DNA of 39,584 bases, from positions 1 through 39,584 of the forward strand of contig PNXW01001564.1 of assembly GCA_013265495.1 (NCBI GenBank), written 5' to 3'. Shown here piece after piece: positions 1-11,225 of the stretch. Each line of letters opens with the position of its first letter. Position 1 is the first letter of the stretch. The notes beneath the pieces are model-generated. The model was given only the letters and a program-made list of their open reading frames with translations, was not told the DNA's origin and ran no database searches. The DNA is from Vicugna vicugna. Lineage: Eukaryota. Position numbers and translations under genes: made by a program.

Positions 1-8
1 AGTATTGA
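1..8 (+). other. Extreme 3' end (..AG TAT TGA) of an upstream OR4A47-like paralog that lies outside the window
   Basis: Bases 1-~800 align with the 3' flanks of the ORs at 8678 onward and 15428 onward. AG TAT TGA matches AAG TAT TAA, the end of the copy at 15435. Confidence 0.75.
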
Positions 9-816
9 ATGAGGGTATTATCCATCACAAAGAAATGAATTTAGCATAAGGGTCAATCTCTTTGGAATGTAAACGTCTTCATAAATCTAATGCAAGTGTT
101 CTTTTTCTATCAAGGATTTATAATAACTAAATTAAACGTTGAATTATATGTTCAGAAACAATGACAATATCTGTGTTTGAATATACATCCTATAATATCT
201 GGTTGATTACTGCACTTAGTGAGGTGGAAAGGGGTGGAAAGCTATAAGTAGCGAGTCAATAAATAATATGTAATGAATTAATCAATGAAATTTTTATAGT
301 TACACTAAGTTTAGTGAATTTCTGCATTTACTTTTATTGCTTTCTCATTCTTAGTTTTATTTTTGTCAGATTCTTGTGTTTAATCATCATTCTGTTTATT
401 GTATTGGTTAAAAGATTTAATGCTATATTGACTATTGTCTTTACTTCATTTGCCTTACTTGTGAAATCTTAATGTAGTATTTTAATTTTAAAATAAAATT
501 TGTATGATAGGTAATAATAAATATTAAAAATAGACTCTATAGAAAATGAAAGAGTGTAGAATAAAACCTCCCCCATATCCCAAACCATTGTCTCTTATTC
601 TTCCAGATGCAATCACTCTGTTCCTGACATTCAACTCTTAACCTTTGCACAAGCATATTTTCATACATCCATGTGCTTATGGATCTGTTTAAATTTTGCA
701 TTGCACTGCTTAGCCTTCTGAAGATCTTTACAGACCAGTCTATACTGAAGTAATTAATTCTCAATTTCCTCATACTTTCACTTTGTTATACAGATACACT
801 AAACTGGATGTACCCG

Positions 817-1325
817 TGATAGGGAAGAACAACTATGACTTCATAGTGGGTCTGCTTCTTTTACTTCGACCTTTGTGTTCTATTGCTTTTGCTACAAGTT
901 AATCACTAAACGGGGGTGCCTATAGCTTAAACTATACAAAAAGAATGGCCCATCTCTGAAAGCCCTGCCGCCAGTGCCTGAGCATTAACTTAAAATATCT
1001 TTGGCTCAAGGAAACATGCTGACCAGGCCCACTTGTGAATGACTGCAGGAAATAAGAAATTAATGCATGCCCTCTGGAGTCCGGCCAGAACGAGGAAATA
1101 TTTGCAACACCGTATCACTTTTTAAACTTTACTGCCTCACTTCCCCCTTTTGTTCTATAAAGAAACTAGCACCCAAGTCCAGGCAAGATGGTTCTTTGGG
1201 ATACTAGTCTACCTTATCTTTGGTCTGCTGGCTCCCCAAATAAAGTCACTATTCCTTGCCCTAAAAACTTGCATCTCAATTTATTGGCCTGTGTGGTAAG
1301 AAGTACAAACTTGGATTTGGTAGTA
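817..1325 (+). mobile_element. Solo ERV1-class LTR, copy in unit A
   Basis: Starts TGATAGGGAAGAACAA, has a TATA-like CTATAAA at ~1155 and AATAAA at 1239-1244, and ends in a degenerate ...TTGGTAGTA. It is ~510 bp and more GC-rich than the flanks. Confidence 0.75.
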
Positions 1326-1715
1326 AAAACTCATTTTTATTATAATATTTACTAGTCATTCACTTTGAGTTTTGCTTTATTGGTGTGGATTTTCCATTAT
1401 TACAAATTTCATATACATTTCTGAGGATTGGTGACCAGTTTAAGTATGATATAATGCTAAAGATCATAGTCTTTTTGAGGAAGATTCTTCTGAGTCAAAA
1501 TTAGCTTTGCCACTTATTATGTAAACTTTGGCAAAATACAACTTCCTCAAGTTTTGTTAAATGTGGAATAGTGGAGATATTCTCAAGATCAAATGAAACA
1601 ATCTGTATAAGCTCTTAGACAATTATATGCTCATAAATGTTAGTTATTGTGAGCATTTTATTATTAGAATCTTAAATTGTAATAGAACTACTTACTTGTC
1701 ACAAAGTGTTAAGCT

Positions 1716-1746
<31 letters not shown>
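1716..1746. repeat. Compound (TA)n(TG)n microsatellite
   Basis: Read directly from the sequence. Confidence 0.95.
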
Positions 1747-3023
1747 TAGTTTTATAAGCATATATATAAATAAATATATTAAGTAACAATTGCTAGCTTT
1801 AGGAAGGATTATGTATGATTTCTCTGTGCCTGCAGAGAGGATCATGATGGAAGCTGGCTGATCTTGTAAGCATTCATGATGGTGGAATGGTCCTCTATCC
1901 TCCTGGCCATATTTGAATCTCTTTTTCTTGTTCCCTACTCTATGTTGGTTCTTTTCATCCATAAACTTGAGGGGATACAGCTGTCAGTGTGAGTTTCCTG
2001 ACAACACCTGTCTGAGGGGTCAGAAACATTATTTCGCTATGAACATGAGTACAGTATAGCATGCAAGCAGTAAGTGTATAGGAATATAGGAACTCAAAAT
2101 ATAAGAAGTCATTTGTTCACAACTGATACAAAGTGTGTGTTTTGTTCAGTATCATGTATCCCAAAACTGGAAGAAAGCTTGGCCCAGAATAAATGCTTAA
2201 TAAATATTTACTAACTGAATGACCATTATCTCTATTCTACCTCCTTAGGAGTAATTGCTTTTGAAAAAAAAAAAGGGACAGTTATTAACTAGAATACTTC
2301 TGAAATTGAAGATATTCCATTAAAGGTGATAAATAGAAATGGAGAATTTGAGGTCCATTTGGTATATGTGGAGGTTCTCATCTGAAGACACTGAATCATG
2401 TTTATCTAGTTTAAGAAGAAAATATTTATTATATGCAATTAAAAAGCTTAAAGAATTGTTGAATGGTTTGGGCTGCAGATTCTAAGCTGAGATACAATTA
2501 CAATTTGCAGAATCACACCCACACAGGACAGGGTTGCTCAAGGAGATGTGGTCCTCCTGATGCCAATCTTATTGTCATTGGCTAAACTTCAAAGGCACTT
2601 CACTTTCTTGACCTCAGAACCAATCTGAGTCTCAGAACTACTTAGCCTCCTATAACTGATATCCACTCAAACACCTGCACAAATGCAACTAGTTGTCAGA
2701 ACCCAAATCACATGTTTTCATCCAATTTTCAGGGAGTTAGGAAAATATAAGTCTTTGGATTTTAAGTATGGAAAGTAGATTCATACTTTGGAAACTAACA
2801 GCTTATGCAGGTTGCATTTAAGAGATGTTTGAGCAGTCATACACTGCTGATGTTTACTACAGATGGGATTAGTCTCATAAAATTTATCTCACAGTTCTGC
2901 ATTCCTAGAAAAGTTCAGAATATCCATGTCTCTATCTTACATGCAGGAAGAAAAGCAGAAATAACAGACCACAAGGAATCTGGAGAGAGGAAATTAATGG
3001 ATACTACAGGCAGTTATTCACAT

Positions 3024-3025
<2 letters not shown>

Positions 3026-3054
<29 letters not shown>

Positions 3055-3058
3055 GTTT
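3026..3058. repeat. (TTTTG)n microsatellite
   Basis: Read directly from the sequence. Confidence 0.95.
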
Positions 3059-3329
3059 AGGAATATTTGCTGGGTAGTAAATGTGGTTAGTGCTGACACA
3101 GGAAAACAAATGGATACAAGAGTCCTTCACCTTCTGGCACTAGCATGGTGTAGTGTATGACTTGGTATCCCATCTCAAGGAGCTCTTGTATCTTAATTTT
3201 GAGATATTTATGAGATGGATGTTTTCCTTCATTTAAAAATTTGCTTGTCTTACTTTACTTTCTCTAATTTTAAGGGAATATTAAGTGAAATCCAAATTCC
3301 TTAACTAAGATCTGTTCTGCTCTACAGGG

Positions 3330-3790
3330 TTCATGTCTTGCCCAACTCTTTGCCCTCAGCTTGTCCTATCCTCTCCCTTTCCTATTCCCTTCAGGTGAAA
3401 TCACATTTCACTGTCTTAAACTCTCCAAGCTCTTTTCAGCACTGTGGCTTAACACATGGAATGGTACTTCATATGGTAGTTGCATTTCTCTGTAGGAACT
3501 CAGCTAAAATACTACCTTTCATAAAGACCTTTTCTAACCACCTTATTCACAGTAGACTCTCCCCCCTTATTTTCTGTCATAGTACCTTGTGTTTTGTTTT
3601 ATTAGCATGGGTCACAAATTACTAATAACTTATTCAGTTGTTCCTTGTTATACTGGATAACTGTATTATAAGGTCAATGCAGGCAGTGCTTTTATCTTGA
3701 TTTTTTTTTTACTAATCACTGTTTTCTCCAGCTCACAACATGGGGCCCAACACAAAGTAGGTGGTCAATAATTTTTGAAATAACAAGATG
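3330..3790 (+). mobile_element. Degraded L2 LINE 3' fragment
   Basis: Pyrimidine-rich body ending CACAACATGGGGCCCAACACAAAGTAGGTGGTCAATAATTTTTGAA, resembling the L2 3' terminus as I recall it. Confidence 0.5.
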
Positions 3791-3864
3791 AGCAAATAAT
3801 TAGTTTTTGCATTAAATTTGAGATAACATTTTGACACACATAAGCCCACACTTAGAGGCTCTTT

Positions 3865-5010
3865 AAGCTTTTCCTTTTCTGTAAACTTTTAATCTCTCCT
3901 TCAAATATGAATGAAAGTCTTGTCAGGTAGTGTATTCTGGATTGCAAGGTTTCTCTTTCATCATTTTAAATATATTATGGCACTCCCTTCTGGCCTGAAG
4001 AGTTTCTCCTGAAAAGTCAGCTGATAGCCTTATGGGAGTTCCCTTGTAAGTAACTTGTTGCTTTACCTTTGCTGTCTTTAATAGTCTCTCATCTTTGGAT
4101 TTGTGTGTGTGTGTGTGTGTGACATTTAAATTACAGTATCTCTTGGTGTTCTCTTTGGGTTGATCCTGTTTGGGATTCTCTGTGCTTCCTGGACCTGGAT
4201 GTCTGTTTTCCTTCCCAGGTGAGGAAAGTTTTCAACTATCATGTCTTCAGATATGTTTTCTGCATCTTCCTCTCTCTCTTGTCTTCTAGGAACCTTATAC
4301 TATGAATGTTAGTGTGCTTGATGTCACCTTAGAGGTCTCTTAAATTGGCCTCATTTCTTTTTATTCTTTTATTTTTGTTTTGTTCAGTTTCAGTGATTTC
4401 CATGACTCTGTCTTCCAGCTCACTGATCACTACCTCTGTATCATATGAACTTCTGTTGATTTCTTATGGGTTTTTTTTTTCAATCATTGAATTCTTTATT
4501 TCTGCTTGTTCTTATCATCTAACTGAAAAAAATTTCTAATTTCTTTTTCTGTTCAACAAGTCTTCCCCTGAGTTCTTTGAGCATCTTTATGATCATTACA
4601 ATGAATCCTTTATTGGGTAGATTTCTTATCGCCACTTCATTTAGTTCTTCTTCTGGGCTTTTTATTGTGTCCTTTCATTTGGAACATATTCCTCTGTTGC
4701 CTCATTTTGCCTAATTTTCTGTGCTTTATTTCTACGTATTTGGTGGCTTGGTTATGTTTCCTAATCTTGAAGGAGCAGTTTTATGAAGGAAATGTCCTAT
4801 CAGCACACTTGCTTCTGGTCACCAGAGCTATATGCTCTAGTGATTTCCATTATGTGGGCTACATGGATCCTCTTTTGTTGTGTGCTGACTGTGCACATGC
4901 TGGTAGATATGGATGGCCCCTGGTTCCATTGGTTGACAGGCATTGCATTGTGCAGTGACTGTTGGCTACTGGTGGGTGGGGCCAGGTCCTAGCATGGCTG
5001 GTTGTAAGAG
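3865..5010 (-). mobile_element. Old L1 fragment covering ORF1 and part of the 5' region
   Basis: The reverse strand near 3890-4050 encodes YKGTPIRLSADFSGETLQARRE, the L1 ORF1p motif. The fragment is disrupted and contains a (TG)n run at 4102-4121. Confidence 0.85.
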
Positions 5011-5699
5011 TGTGCACTCTCGCCACATCTTTGCAATGTAGTACTGCAGTAAATTTCATATTAAATTCTTAGGATTGTTTTCTAGGTATAAATTATGTCA
5101 TCTCTGAGGCAAGATAATTTAACTTAATTAAATTTTACTGTCTGAAACACTGCTGTCAATGGTAATCATTCCTATTCTTTGGATTGCAGCTTAAATATCA
5201 CCTTTTAAAAAATGTCTTCTCTGATTTCTTATTTCTGTCACAGTATTCTATCTGTTATCATAAAAGCACTGCAGAGAACTACAATTACATTATTAAATTG
5301 TCTCCTTTTTATTGTCTTTATTGTAAGAATATAAGATCCATATGGGAAGAAACTTTCATGTGTTTTTTTTCCTTCTTTTATTGATTACTGTCTCCTGTAT
5401 TATGACACAGTTGCTAGTAGAAAATAGGTGCCTTAAATTATAAAATAAATAATAATTGGATACAACATTAGATATTATATCTGAAATGTTGATAACATTT
5501 CTATAAACTTAATAAAAATCATGACAGGAAAAGTGGAATATTAAATAAAAAGAAAGATAAGCTTGTTATGGTAAGTGGGAAAATACTTGAGGAATTAATT
5601 TTCACTGAAACAAAATGGTTTGGCTGCTATTTTATTCTTGGTTTGCAATATTTTGAAAGCAGTTATAAAGTTGTGGGGTTTTTTTTTCATGTTCCATCT

Positions 5700-5890
5700 T
5701 TTTTACCCTAATTCTGTGATGAGGTTTAGTAGCCTCTTTACATACTGATGTACTTTTAAAATGTAGTGGAAAATCCCAGTGAATTTAATTAAGAGAGAAT
5801 CAGTTTTGGACACTTTCCAGTTCTAAGACTTAATGACAAATGAGGTTAGAAGGGATAAAACATCCAGTGATCTTGCCCCTAGTGGGAACA
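5700..5890 (+). promoter_or_regulatory. Candidate promoter of the OR at 7762 (homeodomain and O/E-like sites)
   Basis: Non-repeat block conserved with 12455-12640. It contains TCCCAGTGAATTTAATTAAG (5774-5793), TAATGA (5831-5836) and CCCCTAGTGGGA (~5876). Lhx2/Emx2 and Olf/EBF sites are typical of OR promoters. Confidence 0.5.
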
Positions 5891-6392
5891 CAGCTACTAT
5901 CCTTTAAAAACTGATACAATTTTTTCAGGAGATCCTTTGCTAGGCTTCAAGCAATGCATAACAAAGAGGAAGAAACAGAATGTATCTCAAACTCTCAAAT
6001 CAACTAGTCACATCAACAGGATGGATGAGAAAGATTAAACAATTAAATATTTTTCTATTTTGAAGCTTAGGAAATCAAGTTGCTTGAGATGTATTTCCCT
6101 CAGAAAATGGCTAGTTACAATCTTGTGTAAATATAGGATTTGCTGATATTTTTGATAAATTATTCAAACATGATATACTTTTGTTTTTTGTAGTCACCAA
6201 GTTATTTCTTTTAAATAATCTACAGTGCAAATAAAATGTCTTCTATATATTTAGAAGACTCCATAGAAAGAATAAACACAGTAGAATGAAATAGAATATA
6301 TCCTCAAGTAATAATTCAGTCTTTTGCCCTCTGTTCTCAAACAGAATGAAAAGAAGATATAGTTATGAATAGTTTAAAAACTCATCCTTCAG

Positions 6393-6415
6393 ATTATGGA
6401 ACAAGCCTCCACAAG
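6393..6415 (+). other. Candidate short non-coding 5'-UTR exon; the paralogous exon is 13169-13190
   Basis: ATCCTTCAG|...CCTCCACAAG|GTGA acceptor and donor pair, conserved in both units. Confidence 0.4.
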
Positions 6416-6890
6416 GTGACAATAACAGTACATAGTGGGAACCAGGATTCACAATTGTGTGACTTTCTTTCTCATGTAAGAAATAAATCATTTTGAAATA
6501 AATTGAACTTAGGTTCCAATTCTAGTGTTAATCATGTAAAAATGTGTGATCATGCAGAAATGAATGAGATGGTCTGAGTCTCATTTTTTTCAACTATAAA
6601 AAGGTGAATACAGTTCCTATGACTGTAAATGTTAAATATGATACATTAAATTCTGAGTACATGATTGGAATTCACCATAAGTGCTTAGAAAAGTTGGGTG
6701 ATGTAATCAGAACAAAATTTAAGAAGCAAAATGTGGACTACCTAAAAAGAACAAATAGATGGAGGCCAGAATAAAAGTAGAGAGACTGGGCAGGAGGTGA
6801 TTGGAGTGGGCAAAAAAAGAAGTAGAGGGGTAAGAAATGACCAAATTTGTGATATATTTTGAAAGTAGAGACAGCAGGATGTGTTCAAGG

Positions 6891-7051
6891 TATTTATTTA
6901 TTATTTATTTATTTACATATTTATTTATTATTTTATATTATTTATTTATTTTATTATATCTATATATTATATATTATATAATATATATTAAATATATTAG
7001 TATATTATTTATTATTTTTATTATTTATTTATTTATATACACATTTATTAT
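6891..7051. repeat. AT-rich low-complexity tract (TTTA/TTA/TA repeats)
   Basis: Read directly from the sequence; almost entirely A and T. Confidence 0.95.
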
Positions 7052-7761
7052 TGTGGACATTTTAAATCATGTTTTAGAAATATTAAATTGAAATATAACC
7101 AGAAATGTCCAAAACTGTACATGCGGCTTATACATGTGGAGATAGAGGCTGAAGGTACAAAATTGGACTACTTCAGCAATTAATGGTCAGGGAAAGGAGG
7201 AATATCCACCTAAGACAGTCAGAAAAAAGCTTCAGGAGTTCTGAGACAATTCAGGCCACTGACCATCTGTTTATATTTTGACCTACTCACACTGGGATGT
7301 GTAAAGTAGCTTATGTGGGTGTCAAGTATTACATTTTGGGTAATTATAAATGGTGTACCTCCATGGAATTTCCTTCCCATCTTTTCTTGTTCTTTCACTT
7401 TCCCTTAGAAATTCAGCTAAGGCATTAGAGAAGCCTTCTCTGTCTTTAGTTTGACAGATATATTCCTACTTTCTGACTCTTAGCTTTCTGTAAGTGCCCT
7501 TATAATGCTATTCATTATGTGGATCTGAAATTGTTTTATTCCTTTAATATATCCTATCACAGAGAGGGAACTATGCCTTATCCAACTTGGTAGCCACAAT
7601 GTCTACCACACACTGGGCACAAATAGATGCTTCATGCACACTGTTTTAACTGAATGGATAAATAAAAGATAAAACTTATAATGAATGCATTTAAAAGTTT
7701 TCTGCCTTGTTTTGTAGGTAAAATGCTTCTAATATGTGAAGTCAGCTCCTGTACTGACTGG

Positions 7762-8711
7762 ATGGAACCAAGGAACAATGTAACTTATTTCATCCTCCTG
7801 GGCCTCACACAGAATCCAAAGGAGCAGAAAGTCCTTTTTGTTATGTTCTTGCTCTTCTACATTTTGACCAGGGTGGGCAATCTGCTCATTATTGTGACTA
7901 TAACTTTCAGTAAGACCCTGAACTCACCAATGTACTTTTTTCTCGCTAGCTTGTCATTTACGGATGCCACTTATTCCTCTTCTTTCACCCCCAGATTAAT
8001 TTCAGACTTGTTCTCTGGAGAAAACACCATATCTTTTGAATCTTGCATGACTCAGCTGTTTACAGAGCATATTTTTGGTGGATCAGAGGTCTTCCTTCTA
8101 CTGGTGATGGCTTATGACCGCTATGTGGCCATCTGTAAGCCCTTGCATTATTTAGTTATCATGAGGCAGAGGGTGTGTGTTGTGCTGCTGGTGGCGTCCT
8201 GTGTTAGAGGTTTCCTGCACTCACTTATTCAATTCAGCACTATTTACGGGCTCCCATTTTGTGGCCCCAATGTCATTGATCATTTTATGTGTGACATGTA
8301 CCCCTTATTGAAACTCATCTGCAGTGACACATATGTCATTGGCCTCATAGTAGTGGCCAATGGAGGACTGATGTACACTATTGTATTTCTGCTCTTACTC
8401 ATCTCATATGGAGTCATCTTGCACTCTCTAAGGAACCTGAGTCAGGAAGAGAGGCGGAAAGCCCTCCAGACCTGTGGTTCCCACATCACTGTGGTTGTCT
8501 GCTTTTTTGTTCCCTGTATTTTCATATATGTGAGACCTGCTAAGACTTTCCCCATTGATAAATCATTAAGCATGTTTTTACAGTCATCACCCCTATGCTG
8601 AACCCTTTAATCTACAGTCTAAGAAATTCTGAAATGACTAATTCTATGAAGGAGCTCTGGAGAAAAAAAGCAGAGCAAATATTGAACAAGTGCATTATCC
8701 ATCACAAATAA
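7762..8711 (+). pseudogene. OR4A47: Olfactory receptor OR4A47-like, frameshifted at TM7
   Basis: Starts MEPRNNVT and carries [26 protein letters not shown] and [10 protein letters not shown] 1-bp deletion at ~8578 (ATG TTT TT ACA versus GTG TTT TAT ACA in the paralog) stops the ORF at 8601. [16 protein letters not shown] continues in the other frame to TAA at 8709-8711. Splice acceptor TTTTGTAG ends at 7717. The symbol rests on recalled similarity to human OR4A47. Confidence 0.9.
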
Positions 8712-9497
8712 ATTAATTGAACATTAGGGTCAATCTCTTTGGAATGTAAAAGTCTTCATAAATCTGATGCAAACTTTCCTTTTCTCTAAAGGATTTCTGG
8801 TAATTGAAGTAAAAGTTGAACTGTTTGTTCATAAACAATGACAGTTTCCCTGTTATAATGTTCATTCCATAATGTCTGGTTGATTAGAGAACCTAACAGA
8901 GTGGAAAGGGGTGGAATGCATTAACTAGTGAGTCAATAAATAATATGTAATGAGTTAATCAATGAAATTTTTATAGAATTACACTAATTTTAATAAATTT
9001 CTGCATTTACTTTTATTACATTCTTAGTTTTATTCTTGTCAGATTCTTATCTTTTTTCATAATTCACTTACTATATTAGTTGCAATATTTAATGTGGATA
9101 CACTATCCTCTTTATTCTACTTCATTTGCTTTACCTATGAAATTTTTAGTTTAATATTCTAATTTTTAAATAAAAGATGTAAGTATGATGGATATAAAAT
9201 GTTAAAAATAAAATCTAGGCATAATGAAAGATTGTTAAATAAACCTCTTCCACATCCCAAACTATTGTCTCTCATTCTTCCAGATGTAGTCACTCTGTTC
9301 TGAGATTCAACTCATAACCTTTGCAAATACAAGCATATATTCATATATTCTTTGTGTTTATGGCTGTGTTTAAATTTTGCATTGCACTGCTTAGCCTTCT
9401 GAAGATCTTTACAGACCAGTCTATACTGAAGTAATTAATTCTCAATTTCCTCATACTTTCACTTTGTTATACAGATACACTAAACTGGATGTACCCG

Positions 9498-10015
9498 TGA
9501 TAGGGAAGAACAACTATGACTTCATAGTGGGTCTGCTATCTTTTACTTTGACCTTTGTGTTCTATTGCTTTTGCTACAAGTTAATCACTAAAGGGGGGTT
9601 ACCTATAACTTGAAGTATACATAATGAATGGCCCATCCCTGGGATCCCTGCCTCCCATGCTTGAGCATTAACCTAATATATCTTTGTTTAGCTCAAGGAA
9701 ACATGCTGACCAGGCCCACTAGTGAATGAGTGCAGGAAACAAGAAATTAACACATGCCCTCTGGAGTCTGGCCAGAACCAGGAAATATTTGCAACACCGT
9801 ATCATCTTTCATGCTTTACTGCCTCACTTCCCCTTTCTGTTCTGTATAGAAACTAGCACACAAGCACAGGCAAGGTGGTTCTTTGGGACACTAGTCTACC
9901 TTATCTTTGGTCTGCTGGCTCCCCAAGTAAAGTCACTATTCATTGTCCTAACAACTTGTGTCTCAGTTTATTGGCCAGTTGTGGAGCAAGCAGTACAAAT
10001 TTAGACTCAATAATA
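9498..10015 (+). mobile_element. Solo ERV1-class LTR, copy in unit B at the site paralogous to 817-1325
   Basis: Colinear with 817-1325 and has the same flanks. Confidence 0.75.
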
Positions 10016-11036
10016 AAAACTCATTTTTTTCATAATCTTAACTAATCATTCACTTTGAGGAACTCACTTTTACAGTTTTGCTTTATTGGTGTGGATTTTC
10101 CATTATTACAAATTTCACATACATTTTTGAGGATTCAGAAATCAGTTTCTGGTATAATGGTAAAGAGCATAGTCTTTTTGAGGAAGATTCTTCTGAGATC
10201 AAAACTTAGCTTTGCCACTTATTATGTAAACTTTGGCAAAACACAACTTCCTCAAGTTTTGTTAAATGTGGAATGGTGGAGATATTCTCAAGATCAAATG
10301 AAACATCTGTATAAGCTTTTAGGCAACTAAATGCTCATAAATGTTAGTTATTGTGAACACTTTATTATTAGATACTTAAACTATAATAGAATTACTTATT
10401 TGCATAGAGTCTTAAGCTAATATATATATGTTAGTTTTATAAGTATATGTAAATATAAATTAATATGTTAATTAGCTTTAGGATGCATAATTTCTCTGTA
10501 CCTGCCTATAAGAACACTCTGAAAGCTGTCTGGCCTTGTAAGCATTTCTTGTGCTGGAATGACCCTCTATTTCCTTGGCCATATTTGAATCTCTTTTTCT
10601 TGTTCTCTTAAGGGGATACAGCTGTGAGTCTGAGTTTCCTGACAACACCTGTCTAAGGGATCAAAAAACATTATTTTGCTATGAACATGAGTACAATATA
10701 GCATGCAAGCAGTACATGTATAGAAATATAGGAACTCAAAAAATAGAAAGCTATTTGCGCAGAAGTGGTATAGGGTATGTGTTTTGTTCAGTACCTCATA
10801 TCACAAAACTGGAAGAAAATTTGGCAAAGAATAAATATTTAATAAGTATTTACTGAATGAACTACCATCATCTCTACTTTACCCCCTTAGGAGTAATTGC
10901 TTGTGAAAAACAGGGGCACTTGTTAAGTGGAATGCTTCTGAAACTGATGTCATTCCATTGAAGATAATATTTTGAAATGGAGAATTTGAAGTCCATTTGG
11001 TATATGTGAATGTTCTCATCTGAAGACACTGAATCA

Positions 11037-11225
11037 TGTTGACTGAAATAAATGCACAACCTAAAAGTTGAGTTTTGTTTTATTCAGTGGACATTTTTGA
11101 GGACTTGAATACCTCCAAGCCTGGGATGATAGCCTCTCAGATTGCTCTGAGGGACTACTGGGAAGAGGTAAGGCGGAACCCAGATATACAGGAGTTTTTA
11201 CAACAAAGATCAGGTAGTTGGAACA
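11037..11225 (-). mobile_element. Truncated LTR (3' end) specific to unit B
   Basis: The reverse strand ends ...AATAAAAC...TTCAGTCAACA, giving a polyA signal and a CA terminus. It is absent at the homologous position (2402) in unit A. Confidence 0.7.

Noticed and set aside
6837..7091. Hydrophobic I/Y/L/F-rich 84-aa ORF
   Set aside because: It is the translation of an AT low-complexity tract.
7681..7722. ORF start at 7681 (MNAFKSF...)
   Set aside because: It lies upstream of the splice acceptor at 7717, so it is probably intronic. The paralog has a stop (TAG at 14461-14463) in the homologous position.
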